Source: Gammaproteobacteria bacterium
Lineage (GTDB): Bacteria; Pseudomonadota; Gammaproteobacteria; JAJFKG01
Assembly: GCA_965116795.1 (NCBI GenBank)
Contig: OZ220716.1
Location: forward strand, 192,001 to 256,000
Length of the DNA: 64,000 nucleotides
Direction: 5' to 3'
Of this stretch, positions 34,825 to 45,607 are shown piece after piece (positions within the stretch are counted from its first letter, which is position 1; each line of letters opens with the position of its first letter). Under the pieces are notes generated by a model. It made no database searches. It had not been told where the DNA came from and saw nothing but the letters and a program-made list of their open reading frames with translations. Made by a program: the position numbers and the translations under genes.

Positions 34825-35586
34825 ATGACAACAACGTTAACTGAATTAGTTAAATACTGTGATCGTTTATTGGAAAGCGATAGCTTTCATGATTATTGTC
34901 CGAATGGTTTACAAGTACAAGGTAAACAAAACATTACTACGATTGTATCCGGAGTAACTGCATCGCAAGCCTTACTCGATGCGGCTGTGACACTACATGC
35001 TGATTTAGTATTGGTACATCACGGTTTCTTTTGGCGTGGTGAACAACCGCAAGTCACTGGGATGAAACGTAACCGTCTACATACATTATTGCAACACGAC
35101 ATCAGTTTGCTGGCTTATCATATTCCCTTAGATGCCCATCCTAAATTAGGTAATAACGTACAATTAGCCAAACAATTAGGGATACGCGTTACTGATACAT
35201 TTCCCACTGAATTCACCCCAAGCATTGGTTTTGTCGGCAAATTAACTGAACCCATGCCAGCAGAACAATTTGCTGAACACATTGCAACGGTACTACAACG
35301 TAAACCGTTACATATTAAAACTCATCAGCGTCCGCTGCAAACCATTGCCTGGTGTAGTGGCGGTGCCCAAGATTATATTGAAACAGCAGCAAATTATGGT
35401 ATCGATGCTTACTTGTCTGGTGAAATATCAGAACGCACCACACACAGTGCACGTGAATTAACTATTGATTATTTTAGTGCTGGGCACCATGCGACTGAAC
35501 GTTATGGGATAAAAGCATTAGGTAAACATCTAGCAAGTAAATTTGATCTAACTTGTGAGTTTATAGATATTGACAATCCAGTCTAG
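34825..35586 (+). CDS. Nif3-like dinuclear metal centre protein (YbgI)
   Basis: DYCPNGLQV, VHHG.FW, YHIPLD.HP..GNN, GHHATERYG. Confidence 0.94.
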   Translation: MTTTLTELVKYCDRLLESDSFHDYCPNGLQVQGKQNITTIVSGVTASQALLDAAVTLHADLVLVHHGFFWRGEQPQVTGMKRNRLHTLLQHDISLLAYHIPLDAHPKLGNNVQLAKQLGIRVTDTFPTEFTPSIGFVGKLTEPMPAEQFAEHIATVLQRKPLHIKTHQRPLQTIAWCSGGAQDYIETAANYGIDAYLSGEISERTTHSARELTIDYFSAGHHATERYGIKALGKHLASKFDLTCEFIDIDNPV

Positions 35587-35588
35587 CA

Positions 35589-35649
35589 TATACTCTGCGC
35601 CCTTGAATTGTAGGCTTTGTTGGCTACAATCCAATTGCTTGAGTCTATA
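35589..35649 (-). repeat. Internally deleted ERIC-like element, family A
   Basis: Both ends match 27070-27198; the core is lost at a CTAC microhomology. Confidence 0.88.
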
Positions 35650-35661
35650 CTTCGTTATAAA

Positions 35662-36432
35662 TCAAATGTACTTTAACTTTTCTAGTTTAGCATGTTGCGC
35701 TGATACCACACCATGTTGCGACACCCTCCAATTGTTATCGATAAATCCAACCTGTGTTAATTGTTTTAATACGATCAGTAACCGTTTTTTAAAGTTACCA
35801 CGACGTTTTTCGTTAGTTCCACAATATAACTGTAAGCTATCCAATTCAGTAACGGGAATAGTTTTATATGTTGACCAAAAACCATGTAACCAACGTGCCA
35901 ACCCTCTTGGTAATGCCATACGTTGTGATAAATTAAGCACAACTGCTGCCGTTGTATTAATAAACTGAACATACTCTGGGTTAAATACAAATACAATTTG
36001 TTTACCTGCACGCTCTAAACATAATGTTGTAAAAAACTGTCCATGGAAATGTTGCTTACCATAATAAATACAACATTCCACATTAGCTAAACGGTTTACG
36101 ACTGTCTGTACTAGTTGATAATCAGTACGGCCGTAATGTCGATTGTTTAAGACAGCAAATAATTGGCTAAGTGATATTCGGCAAGTTAGATCGGTTGGTA
36201 ATTGAATTGAATACGTGTGAACTGTTAGTAATGTTGTTAAATAATGCAATGCCAATACTATATCACCATCATATTGTGACAAATATGCACCGCGATATCC
36301 GATGTGTTGTGCTGTTAAACTCGCGACTGTATGCGTAGTTATTCGCTGATCTCGACGTGCCATACCAAACAGAGATGAACGCAGTAATGCCACATTAGCA
36401 CACCCTGGGGACTGCCATGGGTTGCTAATCAT
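35662..36432 (-). CDS. TrfA-like plasmid replication initiator homologue
   Basis: LLRSSLF, I.YRG..L.Q.D.DI.L.L, LARWLHGFWST, L..YCG...RGNF...L...L.QL...GF...W pattern. Confidence 0.7.
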   Translation of the reverse strand: MISNPWQSPGCANVALLRSSLFGMARRDQRITTHTVASLTAQHIGYRGAYLSQYDGDIVLALHYLTTLLTVHTYSIQLPTDLTCRISLSQLFAVLNNRHYGRTDYQLVQTVVNRLANVECCIYYGKQHFHGQFFTTLCLERAGKQIVFVFNPEYVQFINTTAAVVLNLSQRMALPRGLARWLHGFWSTYKTIPVTELDSLQLYCGTNEKRRGNFKKRLLIVLKQLTQVGFIDNNWRVSQHGVVSAQHAKLEKLKYI

Positions 36433-36585
36433 TTTGTTACCTTGCTATTACTGCATTGATGAGTTTATTCTAACATATTGATTTTGATTGCAAATATGAT
36501 TATTCTATACGTCACCAAAAAATGTCAGCTTTGAGTATACACTAAAAAAATAAAAACCAATTTCTGCATTTTGCAAGTTAAATTG

Positions 36586-37947
36586 TTATACCCCAGCAAC
36601 TGTCATCTGCTCTAATAAAATAGATCCGGAATGAATACGCCCACGTCGATCGACATCGTTGGCAACAGCCACTAAATTTAACCATAAATCAGCTAAATTG
36701 CCTGCAATAGTAATTTCAGCAACTGGGTATTGGATGGTACCATTCTCTACCCAAAAACCAACAGCACCACGTGAATAATCGCCAGTAACAATATTAACTC
36801 CTTGCCCAATTAATTCAGTAACTAGCAATCCTGTACCCATTTGTTGACATAATTGCGGCAATGTTAAGTCACTATGGTTAATCATTAAATTATTAACGCC
36901 ACCTGCATTCCCCGTTGTTTGTCTATTTAACTTACGAGCACTGTAGCTACTTAATACATACGATTGTAATTCACCTTGCTCGACAAATGTCTTAGTACGA
37001 GTCGCCACACCATCACCATCAAATGCACGACTACCCATTGCTTTGGGTAAATGCGGCTGCTCACTGATTGAAATGTGTTTTGCACATACAGACTGTTGCA
37101 ATTTATCTAACAAGAAACTGGCTTGGCGGTATTGGCTAAGGCCACTAATTGCTGACACTAAATGGCCAACAAATCCTCTGGCTATCTCAGCTTGTAAAAT
37201 AACCGGGACTTGAGTTGTCACAATCGGCTTTGCATGTAAACGCGCAACTGCACGTTGCCCTGCTTGCTTTCCAATAATAGCTGCATTGTCTAATTCATTT
37301 GGATCACGCGCGACGGTATAACTATAATCACGTTGCATATCATCTTGTTCACTGGCAACTGGCACACAATGTAAGCTGTGTGATGAACTGGCATACGTAC
37401 CTACAAAACCATGACTATTGGCATACAAACGTATACCATTACTCGTTGACACACTGGCACCATCTGAATTAGTAATACGTTGATCAACATCACGTGCTGC
37501 TTGTTCGGCATTACAGGCTAATTCAATTGCTTGCGGTAATTCAATTGACCAAGGATGATATAAGTCTAGTTCCAGAACATTGGTAGCCATTAAGTCACGA
37601 TCAGCTAACCCTGCATACGGATCATCTGTTGCATACTGTGCAAATTGACAAGCTGCCTCAACCGCCGAATCAATTGCAGCAGTGGTTAAATCCGTTGTCG
37701 ATGCACTGCCCTTACGTTTACCAAAATAAACCGTGATCCCAATCCCATTATCACGCTGATATTCAACTATTTCCACATCACCTAAACGTACATTTACTGA
37801 AAAACCATTATCAATGCTTGCTGATACCTCAACAGCAGTCGCACCACGTTGTTTTGCCTGTGCTAACACACGTTGTGCCAATATGGTTAATCGGTCGGTT
37901 ATTTGTTGTGGATTATCAATTAAATGAATTAAATTAGTTGTTGACAC
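36586..37947 (-). CDS. pmbA: Metalloprotease PmbA/TldE
   Basis: LDLYHPW, RITNSDGA, FDGDGV, GQGVNIVTGDYSRGA.GF, EITIAGNL. Confidence 0.95.
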   Translation of the reverse strand: MSTTNLIHLIDNPQQITDRLTILAQRVLAQAKQRGATAVEVSASIDNGFSVNVRLGDVEIVEYQRDNGIGITVYFGKRKGSASTTDLTTAAIDSAVEAACQFAQYATDDPYAGLADRDLMATNVLELDLYHPWSIELPQAIELACNAEQAARDVDQRITNSDGASVSTSNGIRLYANSHGFVGTYASSSHSLHCVPVASEQDDMQRDYSYTVARDPNELDNAAIIGKQAGQRAVARLHAKPIVTTQVPVILQAEIARGFVGHLVSAISGLSQYRQASFLLDKLQQSVCAKHISISEQPHLPKAMGSRAFDGDGVATRTKTFVEQGELQSYVLSSYSARKLNRQTTGNAGGVNNLMINHSDLTLPQLCQQMGTGLLVTELIGQGVNIVTGDYSRGAVGFWVENGTIQYPVAEITIAGNLADLWLNLVAVANDVDRRGRIHSGSILLEQMTVAGV

Positions 37948-38040
37948 GTATTACCTCATTTTAAAAACCATTATTATTTGCGTAGAACGGTTATGCTAGG
38001 GTATATTAACAGCCGCCAGTTTAGCGTGGGTTCGGACCAA

Positions 38041-38201
38041 TATACTCAAAGCGTTTTGAATTTAGGCGAGGCGGCAACCCTGGATAATCTCCGATTTCCA
38101 GGGCAAGGCTGCTCTTCGAATCAAAAGGAGTGTATTGAAATACATGACTTTTGTGAGAAAGCGCAGCCAACAAAGCATAAATTTAAAACGTGAAGAGTAT
38201 A
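38041..38201 (+). repeat. ERIC-like MITE, family B, with a small hairpin inserted in the left arm
   Basis: TATACTC...GAGTATA ends, GAGGCGGCAA, GGAGTGTAT-ATACATGAC, GCAGCCAAC; insert CCCTGGA..TCCAGGG at about 38078-38112. Confidence 0.9.
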
Positions 38202-38227
38202 GCAATGTTAAGCCAGTCGGAGCAAAT

Positions 38228-38893
38228 ATGAAAACACAGGATATTTTACATCAACCAACCCAATTTTCTAACTTCTTTACCGTACACCATCCACTGCTAT
38301 TACATAAGTTATCTCTGCTACGCGATAAACGTACACCTAACAAACAATTCCGCGAATTAGTCAAAGAAATTACCATCTTGTTGGTATATGAAGTAACACG
38401 CAATTTAACCACGCAGTCCACAACCATTGAAACACCAATAACAACGATGCAAGCACCTCAACTATCTGGCAAACAACCGGTGATCTTACCCATTTTGCGT
38501 GCTGGGCTTGGCATGGTTGATGGAATTTTATCGTTAATGCCTATGGCTAAAATAGGTCATATTGGCTTATACCGTGATGAAAAAACATTAAAGCCCGTAT
38601 CCTATTATTTTAAAATTCCTGATGACAGTGCTGATAGGCAATGTTATGTATGCGATCCGATGCTCGCCACTGGCGGATCGGCTGTCGCTACGATTAAGCA
38701 ATTAACACAACGTAATATTAGTGATATTACCTTTGTCTGTTTAGTTGCATCTCCTGAGGGAGTTGAACAATTTTGCAAAGCGCACCCAACTATTCCTGTT
38801 TATGCTGCAGCATTAGACGAACGGTTAAATGAAAATGGTTATATCGTTCCTGGTTTAGGGGATGCAGGTGATCGGTTATTTGGAACACATTAG
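38228..38893 (+). CDS. upp: Uracil phosphoribosyltransferase
   Basis: [45 protein letters not shown]; true start is ATG 38228 (the ORF-track start lies inside the MITE). Confidence 0.97.
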   Translation: MKTQDILHQPTQFSNFFTVHHPLLLHKLSLLRDKRTPNKQFRELVKEITILLVYEVTRNLTTQSTTIETPITTMQAPQLSGKQPVILPILRAGLGMVDGILSLMPMAKIGHIGLYRDEKTLKPVSYYFKIPDDSADRQCYVCDPMLATGGSAVATIKQLTQRNISDITFVCLVASPEGVEQFCKAHPTIPVYAAALDERLNENGYIVPGLGDAGDRLFGTH

Positions 38894-38915
38894 TGACACA
38901 GTGCACAAACTATAA

Positions 38916-39689
38916 TTAATCACTGTATCGATAATTCAGATTAATTGACAGCGGTAATTCATTGCACTTATTGACACGCTGAATATGCTTTTTTAAATAC
39001 TGATTAAAAAAATAAATAAACAATTTACGAGCACACTTAGAGAGTTGAGCCTTGATCAAGTATGCTTGTACCGATATAGTAATTTCTTGTGTAGTCTTCG
39101 CTGGCGTGTTGCTCTCTATTTTACCTTTAACTGAATGAGTCAACAGATAACATACTGCACGTGCACGAGAGCGAGCAGTTACTAAAAACTTGGTTTTCTC
39201 CATATCAATCAATGCAAACTGTCCATTATCATATAATATGTTACCCGCATGAGCGCTACGACAATTAATACCTCTACTATGAAGCACTTCTAAAAATTCT
39301 ACTGTTTTACACAGCATACGTTGTCGATATGCCTGATCAGTATTTTGACGTAATAAATTATCTATCGATATTCCTGGAACCTTATAATAACTAATCACAT
39401 ACGCCTGTTGCTCTGGGCAGTCATATGCAGCAATTAATTGCATTGTCTTGATGCCACGCTTAGTTAATTTTTGAATAACCATCAGTAATCTTTGTATTCT
39501 AGACCGTAAATGCCGCCATTCATTAGTTTCATATTTTAGACACTTTATTATTTTATCATCAGGCATCAACACAACCTGTTTATTATAATGATTCGGCGAC
39601 ATCAATATTTCACCACCTGATACCATTTTTAAATAATCTTGATGAGTGATTGTCGTCACAGGATACCGTTTTAATTCGCATTTTGTCAT
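38916..39689 (-). CDS. Atypical kinase-fold protein (Kdo/WaaP/InaA-like), paralogue 2
   Basis: IIKCL, LHSRGINCRSAHAGNILY, FALIDME. Confidence 0.7.
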   Translation of the reverse strand: MTKCELKRYPVTTITHQDYLKMVSGGEILMSPNHYNKQVVLMPDDKIIKCLKYETNEWRHLRSRIQRLLMVIQKLTKRGIKTMQLIAAYDCPEQQAYVISYYKVPGISIDNLLRQNTDQAYRQRMLCKTVEFLEVLHSRGINCRSAHAGNILYDNGQFALIDMEKTKFLVTARSRARAVCYLLTHSVKGKIESNTPAKTTQEITISVQAYLIKAQLSKCARKLFIYFFNQYLKKHIQRVNKCNELPLSINLNYRYSD

Positions 39690-39707
39690 TTTTTCTATCC
39701 TATCTCA

Positions 39708-40484
39708 CTATTCACAGTAGCGATAATTTGCATCAATTAACGGCGATAAAATACCTAGCTGCTTAAATCTCTCAATCTTTTTTCTAATACACTTATTTAA
39801 GTAATAAATAAATTGCTTACGAGTATGCTCAGGGAATTGTGCTTTTGCTAAGTATGTTTGCACTGACACATCAATTTCTTGTATATTATTAACCGGCATT
39901 TTGCGTCCTGCTTTTCCCTCAACTGCATGCATTAGAAAACGGTATACGCCTTCTGCACGATGTTGCGTTGATACAGAAAATTTCGCTTTTTCCATATCGA
40001 TTAAGGCAAACTCGCCTTGATCGTTATATAACACATTACCTGCATGACAACCGCGAAAATTAACGCCTTTTTGATGTAAAGTTGCCAAAAATATTACTGT
40101 TTTAGATAACAGATCTTGCCTGCGTGTATCATCAACACCATATTGCAACAATAAATCACTAACTGCTGTGCCTGGTAATTTGTAATAACAAATGATATGT
40201 GCTTTTTGTTCCGGAAAATCATATGCGGCAACTATTTTCATTGTGTTAACACCACGTGCAGCTAATCCTTGTGCCGCCGTTAAATAGCGTTGTATTCTAA
40301 AGCGTGTACTACGACACGGTTTACTTGCCAAACATTTTATAATTAAGCCATCAGGCATTAACACCACTTGTTTATTACATTTCTCCTCTGCAACAAGCAT
40401 TTTACCACCCGCGACCATATCTAAATATTGTTGATGAGTGATTTTAGTAATTGGATATCGTTTTAGTTCAGGTTTTGTCATCAT
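39708..40484 (-). CDS. Atypical kinase-fold protein (Kdo/WaaP/InaA-like), paralogue 1
   Basis: IIKCL, LHQKGVNFRGCHAGNVLY, FALIDME; colinear with its neighbour. Confidence 0.7.
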   Translation of the reverse strand: MMTKPELKRYPITKITHQQYLDMVAGGKMLVAEEKCNKQVVLMPDGLIIKCLASKPCRSTRFRIQRYLTAAQGLAARGVNTMKIVAAYDFPEQKAHIICYYKLPGTAVSDLLLQYGVDDTRRQDLLSKTVIFLATLHQKGVNFRGCHAGNVLYNDQGEFALIDMEKAKFSVSTQHRAEGVYRFLMHAVEGKAGRKMPVNNIQEIDVSVQTYLAKAQFPEHTRKQFIYYLNKCIRKKIERFKQLGILSPLIDANYRYCE

Positions 40485-40509
40485 TTATCGTGTTCCTATT
40501 GCTCTGTTA

Positions 40510-40682
40510 TATACTCAAAGCGTTTTGAATTTAGACGAGGCGGCAAGTCTTCGAATCAAAAGGAGTGTATTAAAATACATGACTTTTGTGAAAAAGCTTG
40601 CCCAGATCCTGAATCGAGTTCAGGACAAGCTTGATCCAGGGACGCAGCCAACAAAGCATAAATTTAAAACGCTTTGAGTATA
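40510..40682 (+). repeat. ERIC-like MITE, family B, with nested REP-like inserts in the right arm
   Basis: Near-perfect TIR TATACTCAAAGCGTTTT; insert at about 40598-40643 contains AGATCCTGAATCGAGTTCAGGA. Confidence 0.9.
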
Positions 40683-40694
40683 TCATTACAAATG

Positions 40695-42140
40695 CTATTT
40701 AGTTTGTGTACCACCAACAGTTAAACTATCAATTTTCAATGTCGGTTGCCCAACCCCAACCGGTACTGACTGCCCATCTTTGCCGCATACGCCCACGCCG
40801 TTATCCAACGCGAGATCATTACCCACCATCGACACACGGGTTAACACATCAGGACCATTGCCAATTAATGTGGCGCCTTTAACTGGGTATTGCACTTTAC
40901 CATTTTCAACCCAGTAAGCTTCACTGGCAGAAAATACAAATTTTCCAGACGTAATGTCTACAGCGCCACCACCAAAATTGACTGCATACAGTCCTTTATC
41001 AACACTGGCAATGATTTCTTCTGGGGTATGGCTGCCCGCTAACATATAAGTATTTGTCATCCGTGGCATTGGGGTATGTGCATATGATTCACGTCGACCA
41101 TTGCCGGTTGCTGTCATCTTCATTAACTGTGCATTTTGCTTATCTTGCATGTAATTTTTTAAAATACCATTTTCAATGAGTACAGTACATTGTGTGGGCG
41201 TACCTTCATCATCGACATTTAACGAACCACGACGTTTACTTAGCGTGCCATCATCAACGACGGTACAACAATCCGTTGCAATCCGTTCACCTAACCGATC
41301 ACTAAATGCGGATGTTTTTTTACGGTTAAAATCAGCTTCCAGACCATGGCCAATCGCCTCATGCAATAACACAGCTGGCCAACCGGGGCCTAATACTACC
41401 GGCATTGCCCCTGCCGGTGCTGGGCGCGCCTCTAAATTGACTAATGCCTGACGCACTGCTTCATTTGCATAGGTTTGCAGCGTATCATCATTAAACAATG
41501 CGGCATAGGTGTCACGGCCACCACCCCCATAACTCGCTGTTTCAATCCGTCCTTGTTGTTCAACAATAACGGTAACATCAGCACGTACTAATGGGCGAAT
41601 ATCAGCTGCTAACATACCGTCACTGTCCAACATTAAAATAATATCGTATGTGCCAGATAAACTGGCAATTACTTGTTTCACTCGCGAATCAATCGCACGT
41701 GCTGTTTTATCAATGTTTTGTAACAAAGCCACTTTTTCTGCATGGGTTAATGCTGTTAATGGATTATTGGTTGGATATAAATCATGTCCTGTGATTTGAC
41801 GCGCTACGCCAATACGATTATTGCCACCATGCAACACAATTGAACGCGCTGCATTAGCCGCCTGGGTTAATGTCGGTAATTGAATATCATCCGAATAAGC
41901 AAAGCCGGATTTCTCACCACTGAGTGCTCTCACTCCAACACCACGACTGGTATCATAACTGCCTTCTTTTAAAATACCGTCTTCTAATACCCACGACTCA
42001 TGGACTGATGCTTGAAAATATAAATCTGCTGCATCGATAGTAGTCCCCAACATATCACCCAATAAACGTTCTAATTGCTGATCAGTAATACCTGCAGGGA
42101 TAAGTAGTGATTGTTTGGCGATGTCGATCGGAGCACTCAC
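40695..42140 (-). CDS. tldD: Metalloprotease TldD
   Basis: [49 protein letters not shown]. Confidence 0.97.
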   Translation of the reverse strand: MSAPIDIAKQSLLIPAGITDQQLERLLGDMLGTTIDAADLYFQASVHESWVLEDGILKEGSYDTSRGVGVRALSGEKSGFAYSDDIQLPTLTQAANAARSIVLHGGNNRIGVARQITGHDLYPTNNPLTALTHAEKVALLQNIDKTARAIDSRVKQVIASLSGTYDIILMLDSDGMLAADIRPLVRADVTVIVEQQGRIETASYGGGGRDTYAALFNDDTLQTYANEAVRQALVNLEARPAPAGAMPVVLGPGWPAVLLHEAIGHGLEADFNRKKTSAFSDRLGERIATDCCTVVDDGTLSKRRGSLNVDDEGTPTQCTVLIENGILKNYMQDKQNAQLMKMTATGNGRRESYAHTPMPRMTNTYMLAGSHTPEEIIASVDKGLYAVNFGGGAVDITSGKFVFSASEAYWVENGKVQYPVKGATLIGNGPDVLTRVSMVGNDLALDNGVGVCGKDGQSVPVGVGQPTLKIDSLTVGGTQTK

Positions 42141-42146
42141 GTTAGA

Positions 42147-43607
42147 TTATTCCACACTTGTTAGTTTTGCTTTTAACAATTTATTGACTTCAGCCGGATT
42201 GGCTTTGCCTTTAGTTTTCTTCATCATTTGTCCAACAAAAAAACCAAATAATTTTTCTTTACCACCACGATATTGTTGCACTTGTTCAGGATGAGCATTG
42301 ATCACGTCATCGATTAATTGATTGATTACATTAACATCGGTAATTTGTTTTAAACCTTGCTGTTCGATAATACTATCTGCATCACCACCATGTTGCCATA
42401 AATGTTCAAAAACGGTTTTGCCAATTTTGCCAGAAATAGTATTATCAATAATACGATTCAGTAATCCTTGTAATTGTTGACTACTCACTGGCGATTGTTC
42501 AATGGTTAAATTCTCTTTGTTTAAGTATGCTGCCAACTCACCCATCACCCAGTTTGCAGCTAATTTTGCATAAGTCTTTTGATCAGCTACTGTTGGGATC
42601 TCAGCAATCACGGCTTCAAAATACTCAGCTAATTCTTGATTGTTTACCAAGTTTGTCGCATCGTAAGCAGATAAGCCATACGTTTGTTGTAAGCGCGTAC
42701 TTTTCTGTTCAGGCAATTCGGGTAACTGTTGTTTAATTTCATTAATGACGTCTTGAGAAATAACCAATGGCAATAAATCTGGATCGGGGAAATAACGGTA
42801 GTCATTGGCTTCTTCTTTCGCACGCATCGTGCGCGTTACATTACGATCAGCATCATATAAGCGTGTTTCTTGAATCACATGACCGCCGCTGGTTAACACT
42901 TGAATTTGGCGTTCAATTTCATAATTAATCGCTTTTTCAACAAACCGAAATGAATTCACATTCTTGGTTTCTGTACGAGTCCCTAATGTACTTTGCCCTT
43001 TAGGGCGCACCGACACATTGGCATCACAACGAAATGACCCTTCTTGCATATTGCCATCACAAATCCCTAAATAACGCACTAATGTGTGTAATGCTTTTAA
43101 ATAAGCAACCGCTTCTTTAGCCGAACGCATATCTGGTTCAGACACTATTTCCAACAGTGGCGTGCCAGCGCGGTTTAAATCAATCCCCGTCATGCCATGA
43201 AAATCTTCATGCAATGATTTTCCAGCATCTTCTTCTAAATGTGCACGCGTGATCCTTATTGTCTTGCTAGTGTTCTCATCTAACATCACCGTTAACTTGC
43301 CAGACGATACAACTGGCAATTCATATTGACTGATTTGATAGCCTTTGGGCAAATCAGGATAAAAATAATTTTTACGCGCGAATACAGAACGCGTTGCCAC
43401 TGTTGCATTAACCGCTAATCCAAAGCGCACTGCCATCAATACCGCTTGATGGTTTAATACAGGTAATACCCCTGGCATTGCCAAATCGATCATGCATGCT
43501 TGGGTATTCGGTGGTGCACCATAGGCTGTTGCTGCACCTGAAAATAATTTAGATTGTGTGGCTAATTGCGTATGGACTTCTAACCCAATAACTGCTTCCC
43601 ACTCCAT
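42147..43607 (-). CDS. gatB: Asp/Glu-tRNA amidotransferase subunit B
   Basis: [43 protein letters not shown]. Confidence 0.98.
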   Translation of the reverse strand: MEWEAVIGLEVHTQLATQSKLFSGAATAYGAPPNTQACMIDLAMPGVLPVLNHQAVLMAVRFGLAVNATVATRSVFARKNYFYPDLPKGYQISQYELPVVSSGKLTVMLDENTSKTIRITRAHLEEDAGKSLHEDFHGMTGIDLNRAGTPLLEIVSEPDMRSAKEAVAYLKALHTLVRYLGICDGNMQEGSFRCDANVSVRPKGQSTLGTRTETKNVNSFRFVEKAINYEIERQIQVLTSGGHVIQETRLYDADRNVTRTMRAKEEANDYRYFPDPDLLPLVISQDVINEIKQQLPELPEQKSTRLQQTYGLSAYDATNLVNNQELAEYFEAVIAEIPTVADQKTYAKLAANWVMGELAAYLNKENLTIEQSPVSSQQLQGLLNRIIDNTISGKIGKTVFEHLWQHGGDADSIIEQQGLKQITDVNVINQLIDDVINAHPEQVQQYRGGKEKLFGFFVGQMMKKTKGKANPAEVNKLLKAKLTSVE

Positions 43608-43630
43608 CTTTCACCTCGTATGATTGCGTA

Positions 43631-45082
43631 TTATGACAATGACGGTCGGCGTGTATGCCAATCTGTCACTTGTTGGTATTGATGCGCTACCGTTAATAAT
43701 TGCTGTTCACTAAAATGGTTACCAATTAACTGAGCACCGATCGGCAAGCTATTATGAAAACCAGCAGGCATTGATAACCCAGGCAATCCAGCCAAATTAA
43801 CGGCTAATGTATATTGATCGGATAAATACATGCTGATTGGATCACTGATCTTTTCACCCAGTTTAAATGCGGTGGTAGGCGTGGCCGGTGCTAAGATCAC
43901 ATCCACATTGTTAAATGCAGTTTGAAAGTCTTGATGAATCAAGCGACGACATTGCTGTGCTTTTACATAATAGGCATCGTAATATCCCGCTGATAACGCA
44001 TACGTACCGACCATGATCCGTCGTTTGACTTCTTTGCCAAACCCTTCACCACGACTACGTGCATATAAGTCAGCTAAATTGTGTGGTTCATCACAACGGT
44101 AGCCATAACGTACCCCATCAAAACGCGATAAATTAGACGAGCATTCCGCCGGTGCAATGATGTAATACGTCGGCATACTCAATTCTGTCATGTGCAGATC
44201 AATGTCGACAATGCGTGCACCCTGTTGTGCTAACATGCCTGCAACCGCATGAATGGCATCCGCAATCTCAGGGGCTAATCCATCGACAAAATGTTGTTTC
44301 ACTAATCCAATGCGCATTCCATTTAATGACGTTGATAAATTAGCTACGTAGTCGGGCACGTCACGATCAATACTCGTCGAATCACGTTGATCAAACCCGG
44401 CCATGTGTTGCAACAGATACGCACAATCTTCTGCAGTCATCGCAAAGGGACCACCTTGATCGAGGCTGGATGCATATGCAACCATTCCATAACGCGACAC
44501 GCGACCGTACGTGGGTTTTAATCCTGTAATCCCAGACAATGCTGCCGGTTGACGAATAGAGCCACCCGTATCAGTACCCGTCGCACCTGCTGCAAAACCT
44601 GCAGCCACTGCAGCCGCTGATCCACCGGAAGAACCACCCGGTACACGGTTTCGATCCCATGGGTTTTTAACTGCATCATAAAAGCTGTTTTCATTGGATG
44701 ATCCCATGGCAAATTCATCCATGTTTGCTTTACCTAGCAGCACTGTACCGGCTTGTTGCAAACGCTCGACAACAGTTGCATCATATGGTGCAATAAAGTT
44801 ATCTAACATCTTTGATCCGCAACTGGTTTTAATCCCACGCGTACAAAAGATATCTTTATGGATAATCGGAATACCGGTTAATGGTGTAGCATCACCTTGT
44901 TGCAGTCGTGCATCGGCCGCACGTGCATCTGCTAATGCGCGCTCTTCTGTTAACGTAATCAATGTATTTAAATCTGGATCATGTTGTTTGATGCGCGCCA
45001 AATAGTGTTGAGTCAATTCAACACTGGATACGGTTTTATCTCGCAACAATTGGCTCAGCTCAGCCAGCGTGTGTTGATGCAT
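43631..45082 (-). CDS. gatA: Asp/Glu-tRNA amidotransferase subunit A
   Basis: Amidase signature [33 protein letters not shown]. Confidence 0.98.
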   Translation of the reverse strand: MHQHTLAELSQLLRDKTVSSVELTQHYLARIKQHDPDLNTLITLTEERALADARAADARLQQGDATPLTGIPIIHKDIFCTRGIKTSCGSKMLDNFIAPYDATVVERLQQAGTVLLGKANMDEFAMGSSNENSFYDAVKNPWDRNRVPGGSSGGSAAAVAAGFAAGATGTDTGGSIRQPAALSGITGLKPTYGRVSRYGMVAYASSLDQGGPFAMTAEDCAYLLQHMAGFDQRDSTSIDRDVPDYVANLSTSLNGMRIGLVKQHFVDGLAPEIADAIHAVAGMLAQQGARIVDIDLHMTELSMPTYYIIAPAECSSNLSRFDGVRYGYRCDEPHNLADLYARSRGEGFGKEVKRRIMVGTYALSAGYYDAYYVKAQQCRRLIHQDFQTAFNNVDVILAPATPTTAFKLGEKISDPISMYLSDQYTLAVNLAGLPGLSMPAGFHNSLPIGAQLIGNHFSEQQLLTVAHQYQQVTDWHTRRPSLS

Positions 45083-45099
45083 GTCACTCCCCTGGTACG

Positions 45100-45414
45100 T
45101 TACTGTGTCTCGTCACTATTATTCTCGATGACGGTTGGCACTAAATATAAATTCGCTTCACTCGACGGTGCGATTGCCATCGCTTGTGCACATTGGTCAG
45201 CCTCAGTCACTCGATCATCACGTAATCGTTGGCTGGTCTGATCACCGAACGGATGTGCCATGGGTAACACATCGGTTGTATCATACGTATTTAACGTCTC
45301 AACCAATGCCAAAATTTTATTCATATCTTGACTGAACTCCGGTATAGCATCGCCTTCAATCGCCAACTGTGCCAGCCGGGCAATATTACGTACATCGTCA
45401 GAGGAAACAGACAT
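45100..45414 (-). CDS. gatC: Asp/Glu-tRNA amidotransferase subunit C
   Basis: V..IARLAQL, PMAHP, RLR.D.V, YLVP.VIE. Confidence 0.93.
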   Translation of the reverse strand: MSVSSDDVRNIARLAQLAIEGDAIPEFSQDMNKILALVETLNTYDTTDVLPMAHPFGDQTSQRLRDDRVTEADQCAQAMAIAPSSEANLYLVPTVIENNSDETQ

Positions 45415-45607
45415 GGCTTAACTCCTAAGCTGGATTATTTATGACCGCCAATAGGGGCGTTAGTATATCAGGATGAAAGCATACCACCAAAGCCATACAC
45501 ATTTATTTTTTATTTAATGCCATTTAGTATTGCGCCATGTACATGTTAGTGGCTATATCCGTATCCACGTATGCAAATATAGAGACTATACAAGCCAGAA
45601 TAATTGG

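Noticed and set aside
36433-36585. Iterons or an oriV next to the TrfA-like gene
   Set aside because: No direct-repeat array is visible
37978-38193. 71-aa ORF, and the similar ORF at 40438-40677, sharing YTQSVLNL.EAA
   Set aside because: The similarity comes from the family B MITE sequence; there is no evidence of real genes
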